Origin: an uncultured Anaerolineaceae bacterium
GTDB taxonomy: Bacteria > Chloroflexota > Anaerolineae > Anaerolineales > E44-bin32
Length of the DNA: 35,595 nucleotides
NCBI GenBank assembly: GCA_964569445.1
Contig: CAZMVJ010000001.1
Location: 11,183 to 46,777, forward strand
Reading direction: 5' to 3'
A program made the position numbers and the translations under genes. How positions within the stretch are numbered: the first letter of the stretch is position 1; every line of letters begins with the position of its first letter. Shown here in pieces: positions 1 to 8,811 of this stretch. The notes beneath the pieces were generated by a model that saw only the letters and a list, made by a program, of their open reading frames with translations, made no database searches and was not told the DNA's origin.

Positions 1-368
1 TGATGTTCGTAGTGGTCCCCGACTTGCTCGACCATCTGCGGGCGACCTTCAGCCCGGACAGCACCACGACCTACGATCAGCGTTTCGAGGAGATCCGTTT
101 GGCGCCGCTGCTGGTGTTGGACGACCTCGGCACGCAGGCCACCACCCCCTGGGTGCGCGAAAAGCTCTACCAGCTTTTCAACGTTCGCTACAACGCCGCG
201 CTGCCGACCGTGATCACCACCGCCGACGACGAGAAGCAGATGGACCCGCGCCTGCTCTCGCGTTTGATGGACCGCCGCCTGGTGACGGTGAGGCCGATCA
301 CCGCCCCGGCGTTCCGCGGGGGACGGGGCAAGTCGCGGCGGGAGACGTCGTCGAAACGCGGGGCATGA
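1..368 (+). CDS. DnaC/IstB-like AAA+ ATPase, C-terminal part (runs off the left edge)
   Basis: LLVLDDLG Walker B followed by WVREKLYQLFNVRY..LPTVITT and RLLSRL, typical of the IstB/DnaC family. Confidence 0.85.
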   Translation, partial: MFVVVPDLLDHLRATFSPDSTTTYDQRFEEIRLAPLLVLDDLGTQATTPWVREKLYQLFNVRYNAALPTVITTADDEKQMDPRLLSRLMDRRLVTVRPITAPAFRGGRGKSRRETSSKRGA

Positions 369-374
369 GCTCGA

Positions 375-407
375 AGCTCCCCGCCAGCTCGAAGCTCGCC
401 GGGAGCT
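375..407. repeat. Imperfect palindrome just after the ATPase stop codon (same family as 33783-33815)
   Basis: agctcccc-gccagc-tcgaa-gctcgc-cgggagct resembles ctccccgcgagcttgaagctcgcggggag at 33785-33813. Confidence 0.65.
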
Positions 408-409
408 CG

Positions 410-419
410 GTGGTATCAT
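410..419 (+). promoter_or_regulatory. Extended -10 promoter for tRNA-Glu
   Basis: TGGTATCAT (TGn-TATCAT) about 15 nt upstream of the tRNA 5' end. Confidence 0.5.
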
Positions 420-434
420 TCCCGCCGCGCACTC

Positions 435-507
435 GCCCCCATCGTCTAGAGGCCTAGGACGCGGCCCTTTCAAGGCCTAAACCGGGGTTCGAATCCCCGT
501 GGGGGCA
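435..507 (+). tRNA. tRNA-Glu(TTC), CCA not encoded
   Basis: Acceptor stem GCCCCCA/TGGGGGC, D arm TCGTCTAGAGGCCTAGGA, anticodon loop CTTTCAA, T arm GGGGTTCGAATCCCC. Confidence 0.96.
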
Positions 508-514
508 CACTCGT

Positions 515-558
515 GTGCAATGCAAACCGCCGGCTCGAGCCGGCGGTTTGCATTGCAC
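515..558. terminator. Perfect 44-bp palindrome between tRNA-Glu and a convergent ORF; likely bidirectional terminator or processing hairpin
   Basis: gtgcaatgcaaaccgccggc-tcga-gccggcggtttgcattgcac. Confidence 0.65.
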
Positions 559-610
559 GGGCGGCGATGATCGGACGAGACGCCGGAGGACAACTCCGGG
601 ACCGGGAACG

Positions 611-883
611 TCAGCGCCGGCGCTTAGACGATTTGACGATCACCTTGCCGCGTCGTTTCCAGGCCCTTCCCTGGGCGAATCCAAACGACCGCAACACTTC
701 ATCTGTACGAGGCTTGTCGAGCTTCTTCTCGACTTCGTTGCGGACGCGGATCGCTTTCGGCAGGTCCTTCGGATGGTGACCCCTGACGTAGCGGGTCAGA
801 ACTTTCCCCCGCCAGCCGACCGTGACCTTGTAGACCCCCTGGTCAGGCAGGTACGTGATCCCCTTTTGACCAGTGTTGCTCAT
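611..883 (-). CDS. Small basic protein with an AP2-like DNA-binding domain (90 aa)
   Basis: NTGQKGI..VYKVTVGWRGKV...AIRVRNEVEKKLDKPRT resembles bacterial AP2-type domains; AGGT RBS before the ATG; TTGCCG-18-TATACT promoter upstream. Confidence 0.6.
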   Translation of the reverse strand: MSNTGQKGITYLPDQGVYKVTVGWRGKVLTRYVRGHHPKDLPKAIRVRNEVEKKLDKPRTDEVLRSFGFAQGRAWKRRGKVIVKSSKRRR

Positions 884-922
884 GTTGCACCTATGCCTCG
901 CATGGGATTGGTCTCAGACCTG

Positions 923-952
923 AGTATACCGGAGTCCGCAACACCTCGGCAA
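923..952 (-). promoter_or_regulatory. Sigma70-like promoter for the small AP2-like gene
   Basis: Minus strand TTGCCG (952-947), 18-bp spacer, TATACT (928-923). Confidence 0.5.
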
Positions 953-1001
953 GAGGCTCACTTCCCGATTGCGGCACACGGACAATCAATCGTCCCGAAA
1001 G

Positions 1002-1032
1002 CACACCGCCGGCTCCTGGAGCCGGCGGTGTG
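1002..1032. repeat. Hairpin sharing its core with the 515-558 palindrome
   Basis: cacaccgccggctc-ctg-gagccggcggtgtg. Confidence 0.65.
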
Positions 1033-1177
1033 TTCACTGTTGGACTCGCCAGAAGGAGCACCTCCGGATTCTGCCCATCCATCGACGGTTCGCTGCGCGG
1101 CGGGGGCTAGGGAGCAGTATCCAGCCACCGTGTGCCGGATGTGTCGCTCTCCAAGCGGTCATCAGGTCGGTAGCCTT

Positions 1178-2800
1178 TCACTGGCCGGGCCGGTAATAGA
1201 GTTTGAACGACCCGATCTCGGTGACGGTCCCCCCTTCCAGATTAGCCGTTGGTTGCCACTCCTTCCGGGCATAGAGTTCGCCGCCCAGAATCTCCCAAAC
1301 CTTGGCCTCGACACCTTCTGGAGTGAACTCGCCAGTGTGGGAAGCGTGGAACGCCTCGGTCCATAGCACACCCGGAAACGAAAGTTTGAGGCCCTGGCAG
1401 TCAACTGCGACTGATTCGGTGGTTGTACCCGGGTCGTACTTCAATAGCAGATCCACCACTGTGGTAAGTTCCGTCTCCACACTGCCTTTGATTTTGAATT
1501 GCAGGTTCAACACCGTGAACGTGGCGCCGCCGCGGCTGGGGTTAGTATTACATCCCGGAAGGTCGACCTGGTAAGATTCGTTGATCAGGGCGGACTCGCC
1601 TTCGATAGTGACCTCGAGGCCTTCGACTTTCGCCCGCAGGGGAACCTTCGCCTTGACTATCGACTCGAAGGACGCGCCGTCCTTTTCGGTGACTGCAGTT
1701 GATTCAAATTCCAGATCAAAGCGCAGGCACTGTTCGATGTACTCCTTGCCTTTCTGCATCAGTGCCGAATCATCGCCCCCAGCTAGCTGCGTTCGTCGCA
1801 GCAGGCTCCTCCAGGCGGGAACGATGCGATGAACGATATGCTTTTCGACACACAATTCGTACTCTTCCTTCATGCAGACCGCGCCAACGATTTCGCTCAG
1901 CCGGGCTAATTCTGATTCCGCATTGAAGGTTGATTCGCCCCCCAGGAGCGTAAGATAACGCTCGTTCGATGTTATCGTGTCCATTGCCAATCGCCCGTTG
2001 GCGCAGCTCTCGCCAGCGGCGGCGACGCGCGGCTTGACCACTTTTTCAATGAACTCCATGACATAGCCTATCAACGTGGCCGTCAGCGACTCCACGGACT
2101 CGCCGTTCTGGCGCGCCTGCTGAATCGCTGCCGCCATGGCGCTGTGCAGGCGGGCATCCACGTCGCCGCCCAGACGCCGGCGCAACGGCTCGAGATCGGC
2201 CAGCAAACCCTTCGAGACGCCGGCGCCGCTGAAGTGCAGCAGTTCGATCTGGATGGCGCCTGGATCAAGGGCAGGCAAGGCCAGCCCCATTGCCTGACCA
2301 TCGCCCCGATAGTCGAACATGATTTGCTCGCCCAGCGGGATCGGCTGTGTGGGCGTGATGGTCAGGGTGACGAAGTTATTGAAAGACAGTCCCTCCGGCG
2401 CCATTTGAACCGCGAAGGCTGCTCCCTCGCCAAACGGCAGGCCAGCCAGGCTCTGTACGGGGGTGAGGCTGATCTCCGTTTCCGCCAGCAGGGCATCACC
2501 GGGAATGTCGAGCGTGTAAGTCGTGCCGTCGGCGCCCGTCGCCGTCAGCGTTCCGCCTTCCACGGGGATCACGGCTTCGGCCATGCCGCTTTCATCCAGC
2601 GTGGTGGTCAGGTTGATGGGGTCGTACGGGGCATCGTAAATCCACGCCAGGTCGGTGGGCTGGCTTGAGGAGTCGATAGGGCCGGGGGCGACCTCACTTG
2701 CGCCAGGCGCCTCCGAGACGTCGCCGGATCCCGAACCGCCCAAACAGGCAGCCGCCCCGAAAAACAGTCCGGCCAAGGCAAGCATCAAGCGGAATCGCAT
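1178..2800 (-). CDS. Putative lipoprotein with a ZU5-like domain (HFS motif) and a Cys-containing C-terminal region
   Basis: Start re-assigned to MRFRLMLALAGLFFGAAAC (signal peptide plus lipobox Cys); GGTL..LDIPGDAL..ISLTP..PEGLSF..LLHFS pattern. Confidence 0.75.
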   Translation of the reverse strand: MRFRLMLALAGLFFGAAACLGGSGSGDVSEAPGASEVAPGPIDSSSQPTDLAWIYDAPYDPINLTTTLDESGMAEAVIPVEGGTLTATGADGTTYTLDIPGDALLAETEISLTPVQSLAGLPFGEGAAFAVQMAPEGLSFNNFVTLTITPTQPIPLGEQIMFDYRGDGQAMGLALPALDPGAIQIELLHFSGAGVSKGLLADLEPLRRRLGGDVDARLHSAMAAAIQQARQNGESVESLTATLIGYVMEFIEKVVKPRVAAAGESCANGRLAMDTITSNERYLTLLGGESTFNAESELARLSEIVGAVCMKEEYELCVEKHIVHRIVPAWRSLLRRTQLAGGDDSALMQKGKEYIEQCLRFDLEFESTAVTEKDGASFESIVKAKVPLRAKVEGLEVTIEGESALINESYQVDLPGCNTNPSRGGATFTVLNLQFKIKGSVETELTTVVDLLLKYDPGTTTESVAVDCQGLKLSFPGVLWTEAFHASHTGEFTPEGVEAKVWEILGGELYARKEWQPTANLEGGTVTEIGSFKLYYRPGQ

Positions 2801-2844
2801 GCCGAAGAACCCCCAGGGAGACCATCCGGGTAAGTTGGGGTCGA

Positions 2845-2872
2845 ATAGTAGACATTCTTCCGCGTTGCGCAA
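2845..2872 (-). promoter_or_regulatory. Sigma70-like promoter for the lipoprotein gene
   Basis: Minus strand TTGCGC, 16-bp spacer, TACTAT; the divergent kinase gene has TATAAT at 2932-2937 on the plus strand. Confidence 0.45.
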
Positions 2873-2976
2873 GTGACGCAAGCGGGTCTGCCGCCGGCTT
2901 TTCCGCCCTTCCCCGTTCCCGCGCAGGCTTCTATAATCACCAGGACCAACACGGTCCGATTTCATCTCAGGCGATC

Positions 2977-5900
2977 ATGCTCGGCGAACGAATCGGCTCT
3001 TACGAGGTTCTGGAGGAAATCGGCAAGGGCGGGATGGCCACCGTCTACCGCGCCCGGCAGGCCAGCGTCGACCGCGACGTCGCCATCAAGGTCATCCGCC
3101 GCGCCATCGCCGGCGACCCGGAGGCGGTGCAGCGCTTCCAGCGCGAAGCGCGCCTGATTGCCCGCCTCGAGCACCCTCACATCCTGCCCATCTACGATTT
3201 CGACGGCGCCCACGACCCGCCGTACCTCGTCATGCGCTACCTCGACAGCGGGACGCTCGAGGAAGTCATGGACCAGGGCCTCCTGCCGCACGACGAGATC
3301 GCCTACCTGATGCGTCAGGTATGTTCGGCGCTGGACTACGCTCACCGTCAGGGGATCGTCCATCGCGACATCAAGCCCAGCAATATCATGATCGACCAGC
3401 AGGGCAACGCCTTTGTTGCCGATCTGGGCATCGCCCGCATCGCCGCCGAGGCCGGCGGCCGCCAGATCACCGCCACCGGTGCCATCATCGGGACCCCCGA
3501 CTATATGTCCCCCGAGCAGGCCCAGGGCCGAGATGACGTCGACGGCCGCGCCGACATCTACGCCCTGGGGGCGATGCTGTACCAGATGCTCACGGGCGAC
3601 GTTCCTTACCAGGCCGACTCGCCAATGAACGTCCTCATGAAGCACATCCACGAGCCGGTCCCCTCGCCGCGCGAGAAGAACCCGGCTGTCCCCGAGGTGG
3701 CCGAGGCCGTCGTACGCAAGGCAATGGCCAAGGACCGGGCGGAGCGCTATTCCACCGTCATCGAACTGGGCCAGGCCATCAGCCACGCCCTCGGCGCATC
3801 CTCCTCGGATCCGACGCGACTGCGGGAGGCGGCCAGCACTTCGATCATCCGCCGCTCGGGCGGGCGGCGGAATACGACCGACAGCCGGACGACCCCATCC
3901 GAGCAGAACCGCCAGGTCACCGCCCTGTACGCCAACGCCGCCGAATACGCTGCGCTCGTCGATCAGGTCGCCGGCAGCGAGGCTGCACGTCGGGCGATGG
4001 CCGCGCTGCTCGAGACCATCGAGGGGATCATCGCCGCCTTCCACGGGAGGGTGTTGACTGCCAGCGACAACGACCTGTTGGCCCTGTGGGGCGCCGAGTC
4101 CGCCAGTGAAGCGGACGCCGAGCAGGCCGCCCGCGCGGCGCTGGGGATGCAGGCGGCGCTGCGCACCCTGGGGGCCGCCTTCCTGGGGGACAGCGAAGAG
4201 GCGTTGCCTCTGAGCATTGGGATTCACAGCGGTGTCGCCCTGCTCGCCCCCTCCGATCGACCAGGGAGCATCTCCGCCAGCGGTTCGACGATCAGCCTGG
4301 CGAACCGATTGATGCAGAATGCCGCCGGCCTTGTCTTGATCACCCATGACACCTATCGCCAGGTGCGCGGGGTGTTCGACGTTCAGCCCGACCTGCCGGT
4401 ACGCCTGCGTGGCCGCTCCGAGCCGGTGGCGACCTATCGCTTGCTGGCCGCCAAGCCACGCGCTTTCCGAGTGAACACCCGCGGGGTCGAGGGTGTCGAA
4501 ACACGCATGATCGGGCGCGAAACCGAGCTCAAGCACCTGCAGAACGCCTTCCTCGACGCGTTCGAGGACGGCGAAACGCACGTCGTCACGATCACCGGCG
4601 AAGCCGGCGTTGGGAAATCCCGCCTGCTCTACGAGTTCGCCGAGTGGGCCGAGCTGCGGCCGGAACGCTATTTCGTCTTCCGCGGCCGGGGGACGGCCGA
4701 GGCGCGCGGTTTGCCCTTTGCCCTGGTGCGCGACATGTTCGCCTGGCGCTTCGGGATGCAGGATGATGATCCTCCCGAGCGGATCATGGAGAAGCTGGAG
4801 CGAGGCGTGGCCGAGGTCTCCGTCGGCGACGTCGCCACGGCACACCTGCTGGGGAGCCTGTGCGGCTATGACCTTTCCGCCAGTCCCCACGTCCGCCCGT
4901 TGCAGGGGGATCCCGAGCTGCTGGCCCGACAGGCGAAACACGCCGTCCTGCATTGGATCGTCGAGCTCGCCCGGACCCAATATGTTTCCCTTCAGCTAGA
5001 AGATATTCACCACGCCGACGACGCCTCGCTCGATTTCCTCAACGACCTCTTCCTCGCCGACCCCCGCCTGCACTTGCTGGCCGTGTGCGTCACCCGGCCG
5101 AGCCTGTTCGAGCGTCGGCCGGAATGGGGCAGCGGCCAAGCCACCCACACCCGGCTGGACCTCAAACCGCTGGACAAACGCGAGAGCCGGTCGCTGGTCC
5201 AGGAGATCCTCAAGAAGGTGGAGGAGGTTCCGCGCGCCGTCCGCGACCTGCTCGTCGAACGGGCCGAGGGCAATCCCTACTACCTGGAAGAACTGGTCAA
5301 GATGCTCATCGACGACCACATCATCGTGCGCGAGTCGGACGACCGCTGGCGGGTGGAGGAGGCGCGTCTGGGCGCCCTCGAGGTCCCGCCCACCCTTTAC
5401 GGACTGCTTGAGGCGCGCGTCGACACGCTGCTCGCCCCGGAGAAACTCGCGCTCCAGAGGGCGTCCGTCTTCGGAAGGGTCTTCTACGACAAGGTCCTGG
5501 AGGCGATGGATGCGTTGGATGAGACTCATGTCGCCGATCTTCCCGGGGTCTTACAGTCGCTAGCCAAGCGCGAGTTCGTTTACCGGCGCGAGACCTCCGC
5601 TTTCGCCGATAGCGTGGAGTTCATCTTCGGCCAGGCGATGCTGCGCGACACGATCTACGAACGCCTGCTCGAACGCCAGCGCCGGATCTATCACCGCGCT
5701 GCCGCCGACTGGCTGGCCGATCTGGACCGGGCCGAAGAATACTTGGCTCAAACCGCCGACCATTTCGCCCTGGCCGGGGATGACGCCATGGCGATCGAGA
5801 CCTTGCGTCGGGCCGGAGATCGGGCTTTGCTCCGGGGCCTGTCGCGCGAGGCCGTCTCCATCTTCGAACGGGCCCTGGGGATGCTGCCGCCCGAAGATCG

Positions 5901-6885
5901 CTCGCCGCGACGGCTGGCGCTGTTGATGTCCGTCGGCACCGCCGCCAATTTTCGGGGCGAGCTTCCCAAGGCGCACCTGGCGCTCGAAGAAGCCCTGGCG
6001 CTGGCGCTCGAGCTCGGCCTGCCTGCGGAACAAGCGCGTGTGCTCAGCACGTTGAGCGAGGTCGAGACGCTGCAAGGCCGCTACGCCAGCGCCCTGGCCC
6101 GGCTCGACGAGGCCTTGCCTCTGGCGCGATCCAGCAGCGACCGGGCGCCTCTGGCGAATGTCCTTTACGGCCAGGCCAACGTCCGCTTTCGTCTCGGCGA
6201 CAATGACGAAGCCCTGCTGGCGGTCGAGGAATGCATCCAGCTCGCCTATCAGCTTGGTGATAATGTCCTCCTTCTCACCGCCCTGAACCGCCGCGGGTCG
6301 ATCTTCGACTCCCTCGGGCGCTATGCGGAAGCCCGAGCCGAGTTCGAGTCCGGCCTTGCTCTGGCTCGCCGCCTCGGGCTCGAGAAGCGGGAGCATCACA
6401 TGCTCACCAATCTCGGCTACTCCGAATTGCGGGAAGGGAACTGGGACGCCGCCGCGGCGAACCTCGAGAGGGCCCTGGCGCTGGCCCGAGGCGAAGACGA
6501 CCTCACCGGCGTGATCTTCAACGCCGTCAACCTGTCGTTTGCCTACCTTCGGCGGGGCGATATCGACCGAGTTCCGCCGCTCATCCTTGAGACGATCGGC
6601 GCGGCGCAGGCCTCCGATTCGTTGCCGGCGAAGTTGGGTGTTGTCGGCGTCGAGGGCGAGAGGCGGTTGGCCCTGGGCGACACGCAACAAGGCCTCGCCT
6701 GGCTCGGCCTCGCCTGGCACCATTCTGCCGGCTCGTCCGATATCCACCAGGACATCCAGATGAGCCTCGACTTCTGGTCCTCGCGTTTGGGCTTGACGCC
6801 CGAGGGCGTCGACGCCGGAATGGCGGCCGGGAAGGATCTCGATCTTCAGGACGCCATCAGCGAGATTCTCTCGGCCGGGAAATGA
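2977..6885 (+). CDS. Ser/Thr kinase - degenerate adenylate/guanylate cyclase - AAA/STAND ATPase - TPR multidomain protein
   Basis: GKGGMATVY, VAIK, HRDIKPSN, ADLG, GTPDYMSPEQ; cyclase-like IGIHSG region; Walker A GEAGVGKS; Walker B LEDIHHAD; GNPYYLEE; C-terminal TPR-like repeats; start moved to MLGERIG. Confidence 0.9.
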   Translation: MLGERIGSYEVLEEIGKGGMATVYRARQASVDRDVAIKVIRRAIAGDPEAVQRFQREARLIARLEHPHILPIYDFDGAHDPPYLVMRYLDSGTLEEVMDQGLLPHDEIAYLMRQVCSALDYAHRQGIVHRDIKPSNIMIDQQGNAFVADLGIARIAAEAGGRQITATGAIIGTPDYMSPEQAQGRDDVDGRADIYALGAMLYQMLTGDVPYQADSPMNVLMKHIHEPVPSPREKNPAVPEVAEAVVRKAMAKDRAERYSTVIELGQAISHALGASSSDPTRLREAASTSIIRRSGGRRNTTDSRTTPSEQNRQVTALYANAAEYAALVDQVAGSEAARRAMAALLETIEGIIAAFHGRVLTASDNDLLALWGAESASEADAEQAARAALGMQAALRTLGAAFLGDSEEALPLSIGIHSGVALLAPSDRPGSISASGSTISLANRLMQNAAGLVLITHDTYRQVRGVFDVQPDLPVRLRGRSEPVATYRLLAAKPRAFRVNTRGVEGVETRMIGRETELKHLQNAFLDAFEDGETHVVTITGEAGVGKSRLLYEFAEWAELRPERYFVFRGRGTAEARGLPFALVRDMFAWRFGMQDDDPPERIMEKLERGVAEVSVGDVATAHLLGSLCGYDLSASPHVRPLQGDPELLARQAKHAVLHWIVELARTQYVSLQLEDIHHADDASLDFLNDLFLADPRLHLLAVCVTRPSLFERRPEWGSGQATHTRLDLKPLDKRESRSLVQEILKKVEEVPRAVRDLLVERAEGNPYYLEELVKMLIDDHIIVRESDDRWRVEEARLGALEVPPTLYGLLEARVDTLLAPEKLALQRASVFGRVFYDKVLEAMDALDETHVADLPGVLQSLAKREFVYRRETSAFADSVEFIFGQAMLRDTIYERLLERQRRIYHRAAADWLADLDRAEEYLAQTADHFALAGDDAMAIETLRRAGDRALLRGLSREAVSIFERALGMLPPEDRSPRRLALLMSVGTAANFRGELPKAHLALEEALALALELGLPAEQARVLSTLSEVETLQGRYASALARLDEALPLARSSSDRAPLANVLYGQANVRFRLGDNDEALLAVEECIQLAYQLGDNVLLLTALNRRGSIFDSLGRYAEARAEFESGLALARRLGLEKREHHMLTNLGYSELREGNWDAAAANLERALALARGEDDLTGVIFNAVNLSFAYLRRGDIDRVPPLILETIGAAQASDSLPAKLGVVGVEGERRLALGDTQQGLAWLGLAWHHSAGSSDIHQDIQMSLDFWSSRLGLTPEGVDAGMAAGKDLDLQDAISEILSAGK

Positions 6886-6919
6886 CGGGGGCAGCGGAAG
6901 GCGCCCCACAGCGGAGGGT

Positions 6920-7855
6920 ATGGTGCGAGTACTGATATTCGGAGGCAGCGGGCTTGTTGGCAGCGGGCTGGCCGGAAGCTGGGCCAACGACGGCCACGTT
7001 GTCACGATCGTCTGCCGCCACCCCGAGAAGGTTCCCCCGATCCAACCAATCGTGGAGGTCGTGCGTTGGGACGGCCGGACCGGCGCGGGCTGGGCTCATC
7101 TGGCCGACGGCGCCGATGCCGTCATCAACCTGGCCGGCGAGACGATCGGCGGCAATTACCTGGGGCAGATCTTCTTCCAGCGCTGGAGCGAGACCAAGAA
7201 GCAGCGCATTCTCGACAGTCGGGTCAACGCCGGCCGAGCCATTGTCGAAGCAATCCGCGCGGCGCCCAAGAAGCCGGGAGTCCTGCTGCAAATGTCGGCG
7301 GTCGGAGTCTACGGTCCGCGCGCCGATGAGAAATTGGACGAGAACGCCCCTGCCGGCAAGGACTTCCTGGCGCGCGTGTGCGTCGAGTGGGAGCGATCGA
7401 CCGAGGCCGTCGAGGCGATGGGAGTTCGACGCGTCGTCGTCCGCACGGGTCTGGTGTTGAGTCTGCAGGGAGGGCTCTTCCCCGTCATCCTGCTTCCGTT
7501 CCGGCTTTTCGTCGGCGGCCCGTTGGGTTCCGGACGCCAGGGTTTCTCTTGGATCCACGCCGAGGACCATCGGCGTGCGCTGCGCTTCCTGGTCGAGAAC
7601 CCTCAGACCAGGGGTGTCTACAACGTGACTGCGCCGGAACCGATTTCGAACGCCGAGCTCGGACGGCAGGTTTCGCGCGCCCTGCGTCGTCCGTACTGGT
7701 TTCCCACGCCGGCGCCCCTCCTGCGTCTCGTCCTTGGCGAGAAAGCGACCCTGGTGCTCGACGGTCAGCGGGTCGTGCCGCGGCGACTGCTCGAGACGGG
7801 ATTTGAATTCCGTCACCCGACGCTCGGCGCCGCTCTGGCCAACTTGCTGCGATGA
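6920..7855 (+). CDS. TIGR01777/YfcH-family NAD-dependent epimerase
   Basis: GGSGLVG, INLAGE, SAVGVYG, GGPLGSGRQGFSWIH, GQRVVP; GGAGG RBS. Confidence 0.92.
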   Translation: MVRVLIFGGSGLVGSGLAGSWANDGHVVTIVCRHPEKVPPIQPIVEVVRWDGRTGAGWAHLADGADAVINLAGETIGGNYLGQIFFQRWSETKKQRILDSRVNAGRAIVEAIRAAPKKPGVLLQMSAVGVYGPRADEKLDENAPAGKDFLARVCVEWERSTEAVEAMGVRRVVVRTGLVLSLQGGLFPVILLPFRLFVGGPLGSGRQGFSWIHAEDHRRALRFLVENPQTRGVYNVTAPEPISNAELGRQVSRALRRPYWFPTPAPLLRLVLGEKATLVLDGQRVVPRRLLETGFEFRHPTLGAALANLLR

Positions 7856-8793
7856 CGAGCAACGATCGTTTTCGGCTGGGCCAGACGGCGATCGAAGTCA
7901 GTCCAATGGGCCTGGGCACCTGGGCCTGGGGCGACCGCCTGGTGTGGGGTTTTGGCCGCGGCTATGGCGAGCCGGAAGTGAAGGCCGCCTACCGCGCCAG
8001 CCGCGCCTCCGGAGTCGATTTCTTCGACACGGCCGAAATCTACGGGCAGGGCCGTTCGGAGAGGATTCTTGGCCGGCTGGCGGGGGAGGAGCAGGGCCGC
8101 ATCTTCGTGGCGACGAAGTTCTTTCCCTATCCGTGGCGCCCCTACCGAGGGGCGCTCGTCCCGGCCCTGCGCGGCAGCCTGCGGCGGCTCGGCGTCCCGC
8201 GCGTCGACCTGTATCAGATTCACTTCCCGTTCCCGCCATTGTCCGTCGAGTCTTGGATGGATAGCATGGCCGACGCCGTCGAGCTCGGGCTAACCCGCGC
8301 CGTCGGCGTGTCCAACTACTCGGTGCGGCAGATGGAGCGCGCCCACGCGGCCCTGGCCCGGCGCGGCGTGCCGCTGGCGTCGAACCAGGTCGAATACAGT
8401 TTGTTGGATCGGGAGCCGGAGCGGTCCGGGCTGCTCCAGGCATGCCGAGAGCTGGGGGTGACGCTGATCGCCTACAGCCCTCTGGGGATGGGCCTGCTGA
8501 CCGGCAAGTACGGCCCCGGGAGACCGCCGCCTCTGACGCGGCGACGTCGCGCGGCGGGCCTTCTCCATCGTCTCAATCCATTGCTCGATGTGCTTCGCCT
8601 GCTCGGCCAGACTCACGGGGGAAAGACGCCGGCGCAGGTCGCTCTCAACTGGACGATGGCCAAGGGGACTCTTCCCATCCCCGGCGCCAAGAACGAACGA
8701 CAGGCGGTGGAAAACGCTGGGGCGGTAGGGTGGACCCTGACCCCCGATGATGTGGCACAGCTCGACGCGGCTTCGGACTCCATCGGAGCCTGA
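7852..8793 (+). CDS. Aldo/keto reductase
   Basis: GLGTW, FDTAEIYG, ATKF, DLYQIH, GVSNY, NQVEYSL, AYSPL, IPGAK; ATGA overlap with the upstream gene. Confidence 0.93.
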   Translation: MTSNDRFRLGQTAIEVSPMGLGTWAWGDRLVWGFGRGYGEPEVKAAYRASRASGVDFFDTAEIYGQGRSERILGRLAGEEQGRIFVATKFFPYPWRPYRGALVPALRGSLRRLGVPRVDLYQIHFPFPPLSVESWMDSMADAVELGLTRAVGVSNYSVRQMERAHAALARRGVPLASNQVEYSLLDREPERSGLLQACRELGVTLIAYSPLGMGLLTGKYGPGRPPPLTRRRRAAGLLHRLNPLLDVLRLLGQTHGGKTPAQVALNWTMAKGTLPIPGAKNERQAVENAGAVGWTLTPDDVAQLDAASDSIGA

Positions 8794-8811
8794 GCCGAGC
8801 GACATCCGCGA

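Noticed and set aside
1-368. IS21 element (istB)
   Set aside because: No istA or terminal inverted repeat is visible; a chromosomal DnaC-like loader is equally plausible and the 5' part lies outside the window
515-1366. 283-aa plus-strand ORF
   Set aside because: Starts inside a palindrome, overlaps two better-supported minus-strand genes and has no recognisable motif
435-2800. Integrative element at tRNA-Glu
   Set aside because: No integrase and no duplicated tRNA 3' end (attR) seen in the window; only a modest GC dip
2698-2976. N-terminal extensions in the ORF track (kinase, also sdhA, gyrA, murI, acylase, LysM)
   Set aside because: They are low-complexity, cross promoters or repeats, and downstream starts fit domain boundaries and, in several cases, an RBS
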